Assembly (NCBI GenBank): GCA_045810225.1
Contig: JBJMWI010000143.1
Coordinates: forward strand, 12,951 to 76,950
Length of the DNA stretch: 64,000 nt
DNA from: Burkholderiales bacterium
Lineage (GTDB): Bacteria > Pseudomonadota > Gammaproteobacteria > Burkholderiales > JACQAP01
Reading direction: 5' to 3'
Part shown: positions 11,719 through 22,363 of the stretch, one piece after another
How the letters are laid out: every line of letters begins with the position of its first letter
Position numbering within the stretch: position 1 is the first letter of the stretch
The notes under the pieces: model-generated
What the model was told of the DNA's origin: nothing
What the model saw: the letters and a program-made list of their open reading frames with translations, nothing else
The model's database searches: none
Translations under genes and position numbers: made by a program

Positions 11719-12087
11719 ATGCCTATTTACGAATACAAGTGCACCCATTGCGGACATAAGAAGGAAGTCCTGCAAAAACTGTCTGACCCGCCGTTGCGCG
11801 AGTGTCCCGCATGTGGGGAGGCCAAGTTAAGCAAATTAATCAGTGCTGCGGGATTTCAGCTGAAGGGCAGCGGCTGGTACGCAACCGACTTCAAGGGCGG
11901 AGGTGCCAAGGCCGGTAAGGAGAAGGAAAATCCGGAAGGCAAAACCGCGGACGCAGAGAAGAAACCGGATTCCGGTAAAGCCGCCGGCGGGGAAACGGCG
12001 AAGGAAGAGAGGAAAGAAAGCAAAGAAAGCAAAGAAAGCAAACCGGATAAGGCTTCTGACAGCGCAACAGCAAGCACTACTCAGTAA
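11719..12087 (+). CDS. FmdB family zinc-ribbon protein
   Basis: MPIYEYKCTHCG...CPACG...FQLKGSGWYATDF, then a low-complexity K/E/S tail; typical position upstream of DUF502-aspS. Confidence 0.9.
   Translation: MPIYEYKCTHCGHKKEVLQKLSDPPLRECPACGEAKLSKLISAAGFQLKGSGWYATDFKGGGAKAGKEKENPEGKTADAEKKPDSGKAAGGETAKEERKESKESKESKPDKASDSATASTTQ
12013..12042 (+). repeat. In-frame 9-bp tandem repeat (AAAGAAAGC)x3 encoding KES-KES-KES
   Basis: Three exact copies read directly at 12013-12039, plus a partial AAA. Confidence 0.85.
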
Positions 12088-12137
12088 ATATATTTCCTTG
12101 CTTCAAGTGTAATGAAAATGCATACGGTTCGCCTCAA

Positions 12138-12770
12138 ATGCCGTCTCGACCATCTTTGAAGAAATATCTGATCACAGGTCTATTGATCTGGGTGCCGCTG
12201 GTCATCACAGTGTGGGTACTAAGCGTGCTGGTGGGCACACTCGACCAGAGCCTGCTCCTGCTGCCTGACAACTGGCAGCCGCGGGAATGGCTCGGCTTTA
12301 ATATTCCAGGACTGGGTGTACTGTTGACGCTGGCTGTCGTCATCCTGACCGGCATGCTGGGCGCTAACATCATCGGCCAGCGCCTGGTAAAGATCTGGGA
12401 ATCGCTCCTAAGCAGGATCCCGGTCGTCAAATCGCTGTATTCAAGCGTCAAGCAGGTTTCCGATACATTGTTCTCGTCGTCGGGTCTGGCATTTCGCAAG
12501 GCGTTGCTGGTTCAATATCCTCGGCAGGGTTCCTGGACTATCGCTTTTTTGACAGGACAACCGGGCGGTGATGTGGCGAATTATCTGACGGGGGACTATG
12601 TGAGTATCTATGTACCCACTACGCCTAATCCCACGTCTGGATTTTTTCTCATGATGCCGAAGGCGGACGTGATCGAACTTGACATGAATGTGGACGAGGC
12701 ATTGAAGTACATCATCTCTATGGGTGTAGTGGCTCCGGAGAGTCGAGCAGCCAACGTTCGCCGGCCGTAA
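12138..12770 (+). CDS. DUF502 family membrane protein
   Basis: KKYLITGLLIWVPLVIT, RIPVVKSLYSSVKQ, YVPTTPNPTSGF, ALKYIISMG. Confidence 0.9.
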   Translation: MPSRPSLKKYLITGLLIWVPLVITVWVLSVLVGTLDQSLLLLPDNWQPREWLGFNIPGLGVLLTLAVVILTGMLGANIIGQRLVKIWESLLSRIPVVKSLYSSVKQVSDTLFSSSGLAFRKALLVQYPRQGSWTIAFLTGQPGGDVANYLTGDYVSIYVPTTPNPTSGFFLMMPKADVIELDMNVDEALKYIISMGVVAPESRAANVRRP

Positions 12771-12824
12771 TCGGCCCCTTCAGCTGCATCTTGCAAAACG
12801 AACGTTATTCTTCGAACAACAATT

Positions 12825-14609
12825 ATGCGTACTGAATATAGTGGGCTCGTCTGCTCCGCCCATCTCGGTCAGACGGTCACTCTTTATGGGTGGGTCCACC
12901 GCCGGCGCGATCATGGAGGAGTGATATTCATTGACCTTCGCGACCGCGAAGGCTTGGTGCAGATCGTGTGTGACCCGGATAACGCCAAAACTTTTGCCAC
13001 TGCCGAGAAGATTCGCAACGAATTTGTCGTTGAAGTAACCGGACTGGTACGAGACCGCCCGGCGGGGACAGTTAATCCCAATTTGATTTCTGGAGAAGTC
13101 GAGGTACTTGCTCGATCGATTGACATCCTCAACACGTCGGCAACTCCGCCATTCCAGATGGATGATGAAAACCTTTCGGAAATGGTGCGGCTTGAATATC
13201 GTTACCTCGATCTGCGCAGACCGCAGATGCAGAAAAATCTGCGCTTGCGTTACAAAGTCGCAATGGCGGTGCGGCGTTTTCTAGACGCGCACGGTTTCAT
13301 TGACATCGAGACGCCGATGCTGACCAAGTCCACGCCGGAGGGCGCGCGCGATTACCTGGTGCCGAGCAGGGTGCACGCGGGAGAGTTCTTCGCGTTGCCG
13401 CAGTCACCGCAGCTGTTCAAACAGTTGCTGATGGTAGCTGGCTTCGACCGCTATTATCAGATCACGAAATGTTTCCGCGACGAGGATCTGCGCGCCGACC
13501 GCCAACCGGAGTTCACGCAGATCGATATCGAGACTTCATTCCTCGGGGTGGCGGAAATCACGGCGCTGATGGAGGCGTTGATCCGCAGCATCTTCAAAGG
13601 AGTCTTGCAAGTGGACCTGCCGGACCCCTTTCCGCGTATTACCTTTGCTGAAGCGATGCTCAGGTTCGGCTCGGACAAACCCGACTTGCGCGTGCCGCTT
13701 GAATTAACCGAGCTTACCGATGCAATGAAAACGGTCGATTTCAAAGTGTTTTCGGCTGCCGCAAATGCGCCGAACGGCCGGGTCGCGGGGCTGCTCATCC
13801 CGGGTGGGGGTGCACTAACGCGCGGCGAAATCGACAGCTATACCGAGTTTGTGGCGATCTATGGCGCCAAAGGGCTGGCCTACATCAAGATCAACGAAGC
13901 AGCCAAAGGACGCGAGGGTCTTCAGTCACCGATCGTCAAGAACCTCTCCGATGAAGCACTGAGGATCACCATAGAGCGTTCCGGTGCCAAGGACGGCGAC
14001 TTGATTTTCTTTGGCGCGGACAAAGCCAAGGTGGTTAACGATGCGCTCGGTGCACTGCGTGCGAAGATCGGACACGAGAAGGGCTATGCGGCAAAAACGT
14101 GGTGTCCGTTGTGGGTGATCGACTTTCCCATGTTCGATTGGAACGAAGAGGAAAAACGCTGGGACGCTTTGCATCATCCGTTCACCAGTCCCATGGAAGG
14201 GCACGAAAGCCTGCTCGACAGCGAGCCAGGCAAGGCACTGGCAAAAGCTTATGACCTGGTGCTCAACGGCTGGGAAATCGGCGGCGGCTCAGTGCGTATT
14301 CATCGACAGGAAATCCAGTCAAAGGTGTTCAGTGCCCTGAATATCAGGCCGGACGAGGCTAAACAGAAATTCGGATTTCTGCTCGATGCGCTGCAATTCG
14401 GCGCGCCACCGCATGGCGGATTGGCCTTTGGTCTCGACCGCATTGTGACCATGATGGCCGGGGCCGATTCAATTCGCGATGTGATCGCGTTTCCGAAAAC
14501 CCAACGCGCACAGGACCTGATGTGCAAGGCGCCGAGCGCCGTGGACGAGAAGCAACTGCGTGAATTGCATATCCGGCTGCGACAGACCGACGCGCCGAAG
14601 GCGGTCTAG
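12825..14609 (+). CDS. aspS: Aspartate--tRNA(Asp/Asn) ligase, probably non-discriminating
   Basis: [65 protein letters not shown]. Confidence 0.98.
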   Translation: MRTEYSGLVCSAHLGQTVTLYGWVHRRRDHGGVIFIDLRDREGLVQIVCDPDNAKTFATAEKIRNEFVVEVTGLVRDRPAGTVNPNLISGEVEVLARSIDILNTSATPPFQMDDENLSEMVRLEYRYLDLRRPQMQKNLRLRYKVAMAVRRFLDAHGFIDIETPMLTKSTPEGARDYLVPSRVHAGEFFALPQSPQLFKQLLMVAGFDRYYQITKCFRDEDLRADRQPEFTQIDIETSFLGVAEITALMEALIRSIFKGVLQVDLPDPFPRITFAEAMLRFGSDKPDLRVPLELTELTDAMKTVDFKVFSAAANAPNGRVAGLLIPGGGALTRGEIDSYTEFVAIYGAKGLAYIKINEAAKGREGLQSPIVKNLSDEALRITIERSGAKDGDLIFFGADKAKVVNDALGALRAKIGHEKGYAAKTWCPLWVIDFPMFDWNEEEKRWDALHHPFTSPMEGHESLLDSEPGKALAKAYDLVLNGWEIGGGSVRIHRQEIQSKVFSALNIRPDEAKQKFGFLLDALQFGAPPHGGLAFGLDRIVTMMAGADSIRDVIAFPKTQRAQDLMCKAPSAVDEKQLRELHIRLRQTDAPKAV

Positions 14610-14644
14610 CGAGGACAAAGCAACGTCGGCCAAAAGCGAACAAT

Positions 14645-15094
14645 GTGAAATACAAGATTCCGGTTTCTGTGCTCGTAATCATCTACACGCCTGACTTGCA
14701 GGTGTTGCTGATTGAGCGCGCTGACCGGCCGGGCTTCTGGCAGTCGGTGACTGGTAGTCAGGACGACGGAGAGAGCCTCCGGGAGACTGCGACACGGGAG
14801 GTTCTCGAAGAGACGGGGCTGGACGTGAACGACGGTGTGCTATCCGATTGGAGCTTGACCAATACATTTGAAATCTATCCGGAATGGCGCTGGCGCTACG
14901 CACCGGGCATTGTGACCAATACGGAGCATGTGTTCGGGTTGCGCCTGCCTGAGGCCAGGCCGGTAACGCTGTCACCACGAGAACACGTCCGCTTCGCCTG
15001 GATGCCTTATGACCGGGCGGCCGAGAAGGTTTTTTCATGGAGCAATGCCAAGGTGCTGCGAGCGCTTCCCGAATTGGCGCGCAATACCGTCTGA
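14645..15094 (+). CDS. nudB: Dihydroneopterin triphosphate diphosphatase (Nudix)
   Basis: KIPVSVLVII, FWQSVTGS, Nudix box REVLEETG, RYAPG..NTEHVF; follows aspS. Confidence 0.92.
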   Translation: MKYKIPVSVLVIIYTPDLQVLLIERADRPGFWQSVTGSQDDGESLRETATREVLEETGLDVNDGVLSDWSLTNTFEIYPEWRWRYAPGIVTNTEHVFGLRLPEARPVTLSPREHVRFAWMPYDRAAEKVFSWSNAKVLRALPELARNTV

Positions 15095-15172
15095 TGCAAC
15101 GTTTTGCGTCGATTCTTGTCTCATTGTGGTATGGTTTTCTAGTGAATTTTGACAACGGAAAGAACGTTCGAT

Positions 15173-16270
15173 ATGCCCGCTGCCGCAATTGATTTCAACC
15201 GCTACAGCCAACTGGAGGATGACGACTGCGAGGCGCGCGTTGTCGCGGCCAAAAAAGCGCTCGGCAGCCGGGTAGTGATTCTCGGACATCATTACCAGCG
15301 AGCTGACGTTTACAAGCATGCCGATCTGACCGGCGATTCGCTGCGTTTGTCCAAGCTGTCCGGAAATACCGATGCAGAATACGTCGTGTTCTGCGGCGTG
15401 CATTTCATGGCCGAAGTCGCCGATATTCTCGGGAGGGAAGGTCAGACCGTCGTGCTGCCTGACATGGCGGCCGGTTGTTCCATGGCTGATATGGCGAGTT
15501 TGCCCAAAGTAGAGCGGGCATGGCGCGAATTGTCCGATGTGGTCGATCCGGAGCAGTTTGTTACACCGGTGACATACATCAATTCGGCGGCCGATCTCAA
15601 AGCGTTCTGTGGTGAGCACGCCGGCATCGTTTGCACTTCATCAAACGCCGGGAAAGTTCTCGAATGGTCTTTCAAGCGGCGCGAGAAGGTGCTGTTCTTT
15701 CCTGATCAACACCTGGGCCGATGGAGTGGGCACCAGATGGGTATTCCACTGGAGCGCATGCCGGTATGGGACCCCGATGAGCCGATGGGCGGGCTCACAA
15801 TCGAACAGATCAGAGAGGCTAAAATTTTGCTGTGGAAGGGGCATTGTTCGGTGCACCAGATGTTCCAGCCGCAGCACATCCTGAGATTCCGCAACCTGCA
15901 TCCGGACGGGATCGTCATTTCGCACCCCGAATGCAAATTTGAAGTCTGCAAGCTGTCAGATTACGTTGGTTCGACAGAGACCATCATTAAAACCATAGCT
16001 GCGGCTCCCGCCAATACCCGTTGGTTGGTCGGCACAGAACTAAATCTGGTCAATCGCATCGCCGAAGAATTCAAGCCGCAAGGCAAGCAAATTCAGTTCA
16101 TGGCGCCTCTAGTCTGTATGTGCTCGACCATGGCGCGTATCGATCCACAGCATCTCGCCTGGACGCTGGAGAATCTGGCACAAGGAAAGGTCGTCAACCA
16201 GATCAAGGTGCCGGGGCACGATGCGAAGCTCGCGCGCATTGCGCTGGAACGGATGCTCTCGGTGTCTTGA
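15173..16270 (+). CDS. nadA: Quinolinate synthase
   Basis: ILGHHYQR, GDSL, FCGVHFMAE, AGCSMAD, TYINS, CTSSNA, CSVH, SHPEC, CMCSTM. Confidence 0.96.
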   Translation: MPAAAIDFNRYSQLEDDDCEARVVAAKKALGSRVVILGHHYQRADVYKHADLTGDSLRLSKLSGNTDAEYVVFCGVHFMAEVADILGREGQTVVLPDMAAGCSMADMASLPKVERAWRELSDVVDPEQFVTPVTYINSAADLKAFCGEHAGIVCTSSNAGKVLEWSFKRREKVLFFPDQHLGRWSGHQMGIPLERMPVWDPDEPMGGLTIEQIREAKILLWKGHCSVHQMFQPQHILRFRNLHPDGIVISHPECKFEVCKLSDYVGSTETIIKTIAAAPANTRWLVGTELNLVNRIAEEFKPQGKQIQFMAPLVCMCSTMARIDPQHLAWTLENLAQGKVVNQIKVPGHDAKLARIALERMLSVS

Positions 16271-16326
16271 CCGGCAAAATTGCCCATGTTGGTGTGCCGT
16301 CGGGCGTTCACGGCCGGGGCCCGCTA

Positions 16327-16878
16327 GTGTGCGTCGTTTCATTGTGGTTCTGCGCGTCGTCAGCGCTCGGTATGGCTGCAGAAGTTCACGTCAACGCGAG
16401 CCGCCATGGCGACAGCTTTGAAGTAGACGCAACGGCACTGATCCAGGTCGATGTGGCGGACGCGTGGAAAGTGGTTACCGACTACGACCACCTCACCGAA
16501 TTCATACCGGGGCTGCAGGAAAGCAAAGTTGTATCCCGAAAGGGCTTCAACGTTGTAGTGGATCAGATTGGCGAGGCGCGCATGCTGTTTTTTAAATTCC
16601 CGATGCGTGTACGATTAGCCATTACAGAATTTCCCAATGGTCGCATTGTCGCCGACGCAATAGCGGGAAACTTCAAGCAGATGCACGGCATTTATCGTTT
16701 CGAAGCCCGGGAAAAGGGTATGCAATTGCGTTACGAGGGCAGTTTCACGCCGGATTTTGAGTTCCCGCCCTTTATTGGCACACTGGTGGTGCGCAGGAAT
16801 TTGGAAAAGCGCTTCGTCGCGATGGTCCGTGAAATCGAAAAAAGACGGAATGGTGAATCGCTGCCAGGCAAGAAATAA
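16327..16878 (+). CDS. SRPBCC/START (polyketide cyclase-like) family protein, possibly exported
   Basis: AWKVVTDYDHLTEFIPG..ESKV, GNFKQMHGIY; start uncertain (GTG 16294/16327 or ATG 16372). Confidence 0.72.
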   Translation: MCVVSLWFCASSALGMAAEVHVNASRHGDSFEVDATALIQVDVADAWKVVTDYDHLTEFIPGLQESKVVSRKGFNVVVDQIGEARMLFFKFPMRVRLAITEFPNGRIVADAIAGNFKQMHGIYRFEAREKGMQLRYEGSFTPDFEFPPFIGTLVVRRNLEKRFVAMVREIEKRRNGESLPGKK

Positions 16879-16916
16879 TGGTTGCTTGATTCACCTCCGG
16901 ACAAAAAGAACTAAAA

Positions 16917-17669
16917 ATGGAAAAACTCCAGGTCGTTACTTACAACATTCACAAAGGGTTTTCTCAATTCAAACGGCGCATGTCCGTGCACGACCTTCGC
17001 GACAGGCTACGCGGCATCGGCGCAGACGTTGTATTCCTGCAGGAGGTGCAAGGCGCCCACGAAACCAATTCCACGCGCCACAGCAACTGGCCCTCCGCGC
17101 CGCAACACGAATTTCTTGCCGATTCGATCTGGAAGGATTTTGCTTATGGCAAGAACGCGGTGTACGACCATGGTCACCATGGCAACGCCATACTCAGCAA
17201 GTATCCGATATCGCGTTGGGACAACATCGACATTTCCATGCACGACAGTGAAAGTCGCGGCCTTCTGCACTGCGAAATAACAGTACCGGGGTGGCGGCAT
17301 GCATTACATTGCGTCAACGTGCATCTTGGCCTGCTTGGTCATTGGCGCAAAAAACAGATTACGCTTATCAAAAACCGCATTGAGCAACTTGTGCCGGCGG
17401 ACGCGCCCCTCGTCATCGCGGGTGATTTCAATGATTGGCGCCGCTATGCGAGTGATGCTTTGGTGAAATCGCTGGAAGTCATGGAGGTCTTTGAGACCAC
17501 GTCCGGACGACCCGCCCGAAGTTACCCCGCAATACTTCCCATGCTGCATCTCGACCGTATTTATGTCCGCGGATTTTCGATCGAGCTTGCACAAGCGCAT
17601 CATGGTCATTCCTGGTCAAAGGTATCCGACCATATTGCGTTGTCTTGCCGGCTTGTTCGGAAGATCTGA
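16917..17669 (+). CDS. Endonuclease/exonuclease/phosphatase family protein (YbhP-like)
   Basis: TYNIHKG, VFLQEV, GNAILSKYP, NVHLGL, AGDFNDW, LDRIY, SDH. Confidence 0.9.
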   Translation: MEKLQVVTYNIHKGFSQFKRRMSVHDLRDRLRGIGADVVFLQEVQGAHETNSTRHSNWPSAPQHEFLADSIWKDFAYGKNAVYDHGHHGNAILSKYPISRWDNIDISMHDSESRGLLHCEITVPGWRHALHCVNVHLGLLGHWRKKQITLIKNRIEQLVPADAPLVIAGDFNDWRRYASDALVKSLEVMEVFETTSGRPARSYPAILPMLHLDRIYVRGFSIELAQAHHGHSWSKVSDHIALSCRLVRKI

Positions 17670-17708
17670 GACTCGTTGCGCCGGCGCGTAACCGGCCAAT
17701 CACACCGC

Positions 17709-17736
17709 AAAAAAAGCCGTCCTGCCTCCGCACGGC
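17709..17736 (-). terminator. Probable rho-independent terminator for the 17771-18208 gene
   Basis: Minus strand reads GCCGT-(11 nt)-ACGGC-TTTTTTT. Confidence 0.6.
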
Positions 17737-17770
17737 ACCACTGCACTCGAGCTCACCGGTGATCGCGAAA

Positions 17771-18208
17771 TTACTGCTTGGAAGGTGCAACAGCTGGGGG
17801 ATTCGGCGGCGCAACTTGTGAGGGTGCAGGAGCCAGTTGAGCCGGATCATCGATGACTTTGACCGCGGTAATAAAGTGTCCTGTCTCTCCGAAGCAGCTG
17901 GACGGCAATCCGACGTGTTCCTCATAGGTGAGCGAAACGCGACGACCCAAAGAACGATTGATCTCATTCGCCATGCCATCATCGCGTACGCTGAAATAGA
18001 ATTTTTCCCCGACCGTACCCGGCATGGTAATCAGGGCCAGTTCCCCTTCCCAGGTTTTGCAAATCCATCCCTTCTTTGACAGTTTCTGCACGTATCCCGC
18101 GCGCTCGCCCGCAGAATAACTCCAGTGCAATACCGTCCAGGTGTATGCAGCCAGCAGCAGCCCCGCCACAATAAGCAAACCGAGGAACCATCGAACAAAG
18201 GAGCCCAT
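17771..18208 (-). CDS. Conserved hypothetical membrane-anchored protein
   Basis: N-terminal TM helix, then YSAGERAGYVQKLSKKGWICKTWEGEL...V.LTYEEH...CFGET; Pro-rich tail. Confidence 0.75.
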   Translation of the reverse strand: MGSFVRWFLGLLIVAGLLLAAYTWTVLHWSYSAGERAGYVQKLSKKGWICKTWEGELALITMPGTVGEKFYFSVRDDGMANEINRSLGRRVSLTYEEHVGLPSSCFGETGHFITAVKVIDDPAQLAPAPSQVAPPNPPAVAPSKQ

Positions 18209-18419
18209 ATCGAATCCAATCAGCGTGGAAAATCATTGGGCCGACTTAAGCAAAATTTTAGCTCGGCGCCGCGACAGCGCGACAATATAACAGCATTGGC
18301 AGCGCGTTGACGGAACCGACCCCTATCCGCAAGTACGCTACCTAGCGACACCCCGACGGATTTCAGCCGTCGCAGACCTGCTAGACCGATTACACTTCTA
18401 CATTAATCTATATTTGTAA

Positions 18420-20255
18420 GTGGCTTTGACGACACCTTCTTCCCTCGCGCGCTCACCCGACACGGTGGCATGGCGCCGTAACGACTGGCGAACCATCCGC
18501 ACGCTATTGCCCTACTTGCTGGAATACAAAGGACGGGTTGCAACGGCGCTGCTTTGCTTGACGGCAGCTAAACTGGCAAACGTCGGTGTGCCGCTAGTCA
18601 TGAAGGAAATCATCGACTCGCTGGATGCGAAACAGGCGGTGCTGGCGCTGCCATTTGCGCTGCTGGCCATCTACGGCTTGCTGCGGCTATCGACAACCCT
18701 GTTCGCAGAACTCCGGGACATCGTGTTTGTGCGAGTTGCGAAGCGCGCGATCCGTCGGGTCGCGCTGCAGGTGTTTCGGCATTTGCACAGTCTCAGTTTG
18801 CGCTTTCATCTGGATCGCCAGACGGGTGGTGTATCGCGGGACATTGAGCGCGGTACTCGCGGCATCTCAACGCTGCTAAGTTACATGTTGTTCTCGATCA
18901 TTCCGGTGGTCATCGAATTCACTCTGGTCGCGTTCGTGCTGCTGGCCAAATTCGACTGGCGTTTCATGGCGATTACCATGGGCGCAGTCGTCGTATATCT
19001 GGGATTCACCATTGTCGTGACCGAGTGGCGCATGGACATCCGCCGTCGCGCTAATGAACTGGACGCAAAGGCCAATACGCGCGCTATAGACAGCCTGCTG
19101 AACTACGAGACCGTGAAGTACTTCAACAACGAAGAATTCGAAGCCAGGCGCTATGACGAAAGTCTTCAGAAATACGAGTCGGCTGATGTCAAGAACGAGG
19201 CCTCGCTCGGAGCGCTGAATATCGGCCAGAGTCTGGTCATTGCAGTAGCGGTGACGGCTCTGATGATCCTGGCGGCTCAGGGCGTGGTGACCCAGAAACT
19301 GACGCTCGGGGATCTCGTGTTGGTTAACGGCCTGCTAATCCAGTTATACATACCACTGAATTTTCTTGGCATGGTGTACCGCGAAATCAAGCAATCCCTG
19401 GTCGACATGGACAAAATGTTTCGTTTACTCTCGGAGAATCGCGAGGTGCAGGATTCACCAGACGCGATCGATCTTGTGAATGGCCTGCCAGCGGTGAAGT
19501 TCGAAAAAGTAAACTTCAGCTATGAAGAGCGCCGAACCATTTTGCACGATGTCAGCTTTGAGATTCCTGCCGGACAAACAGTCGCTGTGGTCGGAGCGAG
19601 CGGTTCTGGCAAATCCACGTTGGCGAGACTGCTGTTCCGGTTTTACGATGTTACCGGGGGAAGGATTACGATCAACGGTGTAGACATCAGGAAGCTCAAG
19701 CAGACGAGCCTGCGCGCGGCAATTGGCATCGTTCCGCAAGATACAGTCCTATTCAACGACACTATCTACTACAACATTGCGTATGGCGATACCCACGCCA
19801 CACGGGAGCAAGTCGTTGAAGCAGCCCGTTCAGCACATATCCACGAGCTGATCAGCTCCTTGCCAGACGGATACGAAACCATGGTCGGTGAGCGCGGCCT
19901 CAAGCTCTCCGGCGGTGAAAAGCAGCGGGTTGCGATTGCGCGAGCCTTACTCAAGAATCCAAAAATCCTGATCTTCGATGAAGCGACATCGGCGCTCGAT
20001 TCCAAGTCTGAAAAAGCAATCCAGACCGAGCTTCGCCGCATTGCGATCAGCCGTACTACCTTGACGATCGCCCACCGACTTTCGACCATCGTGGACGCCG
20101 ATCAAATTTTGGTGATGGAGTCCGGACGCATTGTGGAACGCGGGACCCACAGAGAGCTGCTTGCGAGGGCAGGGACCTACGAGCATATGTGGACGCTACA
20201 ACAACAGCAGGAACGGGTCGGCGAACTACAGGCCCTCGAGAATGCATCGCCGTAA
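18420..20255 (+). CDS. ABCB/ATM1-like half ABC transporter (fused permease + ATPase)
   Basis: [67 protein letters not shown]. Confidence 0.93.
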   Translation: MALTTPSSLARSPDTVAWRRNDWRTIRTLLPYLLEYKGRVATALLCLTAAKLANVGVPLVMKEIIDSLDAKQAVLALPFALLAIYGLLRLSTTLFAELRDIVFVRVAKRAIRRVALQVFRHLHSLSLRFHLDRQTGGVSRDIERGTRGISTLLSYMLFSIIPVVIEFTLVAFVLLAKFDWRFMAITMGAVVVYLGFTIVVTEWRMDIRRRANELDAKANTRAIDSLLNYETVKYFNNEEFEARRYDESLQKYESADVKNEASLGALNIGQSLVIAVAVTALMILAAQGVVTQKLTLGDLVLVNGLLIQLYIPLNFLGMVYREIKQSLVDMDKMFRLLSENREVQDSPDAIDLVNGLPAVKFEKVNFSYEERRTILHDVSFEIPAGQTVAVVGASGSGKSTLARLLFRFYDVTGGRITINGVDIRKLKQTSLRAAIGIVPQDTVLFNDTIYYNIAYGDTHATREQVVEAARSAHIHELISSLPDGYETMVGERGLKLSGGEKQRVAIARALLKNPKILIFDEATSALDSKSEKAIQTELRRIAISRTTLTIAHRLSTIVDADQILVMESGRIVERGTHRELLARAGTYEHMWTLQQQQERVGELQALENASP

Positions 20256-20493
20256 GAAGTCGGTAGTTCGACCGGTTGGCTCGGTGTTTGCATGGGAAGT
20301 TAGCGAAATACGAACATAATGAGCATTCATGGCGACAAAGCTCAACGGGTCGTTTAAATTCTTTCCTTAACCTTTGATTTTTGGTATGTTGCATAACGGC
20401 CTCGAAAGCCGGGCAAAGATTGATTGAAGAGGCCTGCAAAGCACGGCGGCCGACTTGGGATTAAATAAAAAACAAATACTTTCAGGCGCTTAA

Positions 20494-21378
20494 ATGAGAT
20501 CAATCCTTTCTTTCCTCGGTGTTGCCTTCGCTCTAATCGGCTTTCAGGCTTTTGCAATAGATGAATCCGTCGAGCCTGGAGTTCGCCACGTACATTTTGC
20601 GGCCAAACCCGCCGCGTTGCGGCTTCGTTCCGGCTCGGTTCTCGTGCTTGCTCAGGACACGGGCTTACCGCTGTTCGCCAAAAACGTCGATCAGATTATG
20701 CCAATCGCGTCGATCACTAAATTGATGACGGCGATGGTCGTACTGGACGCAGGCTTGCCGCTGTTGGAGTCGATTGACATAGACCGGAGTGATGTCGACC
20801 GCCGAAAGGGTTCACGATCCAAGCTGAAAGTCGGCACGAGCTTGATGCGAGCAGAAATGCTCAAACTGGCGTTGATGGCGTCCGAAAACCGTGCTGCAGC
20901 CGCGTTAGCGCGCAATTTTCCAGGCGGCACAGAGGCTTTCGTGGCCGCGATGAATCAGAAGGCAGTGGAAATCGGAATGGTCAATACCCATTTCGAGGAT
21001 CCTACCGGGCTTACTCCCGACAACGTTTCGACGGCCGAGGATCTTGCGAAGATGGTTGCGGCCGCGCATGGTTATCCGCTGATTCGCGAATACACAACTT
21101 CCGATTCGTTCAAGATTGAATCAGAAGACAGGCGCCGGCACCGCTTGCTGTCGTATGTGAACTCAAACCGGCTGGTCAAGAACCGTCAATGGGACATCGG
21201 ACTGTCAAAGACCGGCTACATCAGCGAAGCGGGGCGGTGTCTGGTCATGCAAGCCATGATCGCAGACAGGCCCGTGATCATCGTACTGCTCGACTCCTGG
21301 GGCAAACTTTCCCGGACTGCTGATGCCAATCGCATCAAACGCTGGATAGAGGCAGACCTGCTTCGCATATCCGGCTGA
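20494..21378 (+). CDS. pbpG: D-alanyl-D-alanine endopeptidase (PBP7, peptidase S11)
   Basis: Signal peptide, SxxK (ASITK), SxN (SEN), KTG (SKTGYISEAGRCLVM), LLDSWGK..R.ADA.RI. Confidence 0.88.
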   Translation: MRSILSFLGVAFALIGFQAFAIDESVEPGVRHVHFAAKPAALRLRSGSVLVLAQDTGLPLFAKNVDQIMPIASITKLMTAMVVLDAGLPLLESIDIDRSDVDRRKGSRSKLKVGTSLMRAEMLKLALMASENRAAAALARNFPGGTEAFVAAMNQKAVEIGMVNTHFEDPTGLTPDNVSTAEDLAKMVAAAHGYPLIREYTTSDSFKIESEDRRRHRLLSYVNSNRLVKNRQWDIGLSKTGYISEAGRCLVMQAMIADRPVIIVLLDSWGKLSRTADANRIKRWIEADLLRISG

Positions 21379-21413
21379 AAGTCTACAGGCCAGCTAAGCA
21401 GTCCCCGACCCGT

Positions 21414-22193
21414 TCACGCTGCTTTCGCTCCAGGCAGATGTCCGAGCGCCCGTGAGATTTCATCCGCCACCTGCTTGATCTTCGCAAACCACGCTTTTTC
21501 CATCCGTTTGGAAGGAGCAGAAAGCGACAATCCGGCAACCAAGCGTCCTTCGTCGTCGTAAATGCCGGCGCCGATACACGAAACGCCGCTTTCGGCTTCC
21601 TCGGTGTCAAGCGCATAGCCCACCTTTCGGACACGTTCCAGTTCTCTAGTCAGTGAAGCAAGGTCACGGATCGTATTCTTGGTGAAGACTTCCAATCCGG
21701 TTCTGTGCGCATATTCGCGGCATTTGTCAGGACCGTCTTCAAGCAGGAAGATTTTGCCCGCTGCCGTTACGTGAAGAGGCGCGCGCGCGCCGATCAAGTG
21801 CACTACGCGCATGGCTGTGCGGTCGGAAAGCAGTCGCTCGACATACACCATCTCGTCGCCCTGACGCACGGACAAATTGACTGTCTCGTGCAGTTCCTGA
21901 TGCAACAGACGCATGAATGGAAGCGCCTCTTGCCGCAAATTGATGCGCGACTTCACAAGATTACCCAGTTCAAGCAACCTTATCCCGAGCCGGTAGGTTC
22001 CCGGCTCAATCCGGTCTACCATCCGAGACTCCACCATCATGTTGAGGATACGGTGCGCGGTGGAAGGGTGCAGGCTCGTGGAGTTCGCAAGACGTTTAAG
22101 GTTCACTGGTTCTTCATTGCGGGCCAGCGCGTCCAGCAGGTCCATCATGCGCTCGATGACCTGTATCGATGTTTTGCCATTGGGTTCAGCCAC
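21414..22193 (-). CDS. IclR family transcriptional regulator
   Basis: SIQVIER...LHPSTAHRIL HTH, LGIRLLELG, HETVNLS, GARAPLHVTAAGK, EEAESGVSCIGA. Confidence 0.93.
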   Translation of the reverse strand: MAEPNGKTSIQVIERMMDLLDALARNEEPVNLKRLANSTSLHPSTAHRILNMMVESRMVDRIEPGTYRLGIRLLELGNLVKSRINLRQEALPFMRLLHQELHETVNLSVRQGDEMVYVERLLSDRTAMRVVHLIGARAPLHVTAAGKIFLLEDGPDKCREYAHRTGLEVFTKNTIRDLASLTRELERVRKVGYALDTEEAESGVSCIGAGIYDDEGRLVAGLSLSAPSKRMEKAWFAKIKQVADEISRALGHLPGAKAA

Positions 22194-22363
22194 GTCTTCC
22201 GGTCCATATGGTGCAATGCGACAATTTTACATCCCGGCATAGCGAGCGACAACCGGACCGGGCGGAAAAGTACCCCGTGCTATGATCCGCGGCTTTCTTC
22301 GCGGCACTTCCGCGCCCCCAAACGGCTCTGACTAAACGTCGGGCCCCGACCCTCGGGAATTCA

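Noticed and set aside
12013-12042. 9-bp tandem repeat as a phase-variation locus
   Set aside because: The unit is a multiple of three and lies in a low-complexity tail, so copy-number change would not switch expression.
20411-20455. GGGCAAA...GCAAAGC...CGGCC resembling a c-di-GMP-I riboswitch upstream of pbpG
   Set aside because: The intervening 18 nt cannot form the GNRA-capped P2 stem, and no tetraloop receptor is evident. An Infernal search with RF01051 would settle it.
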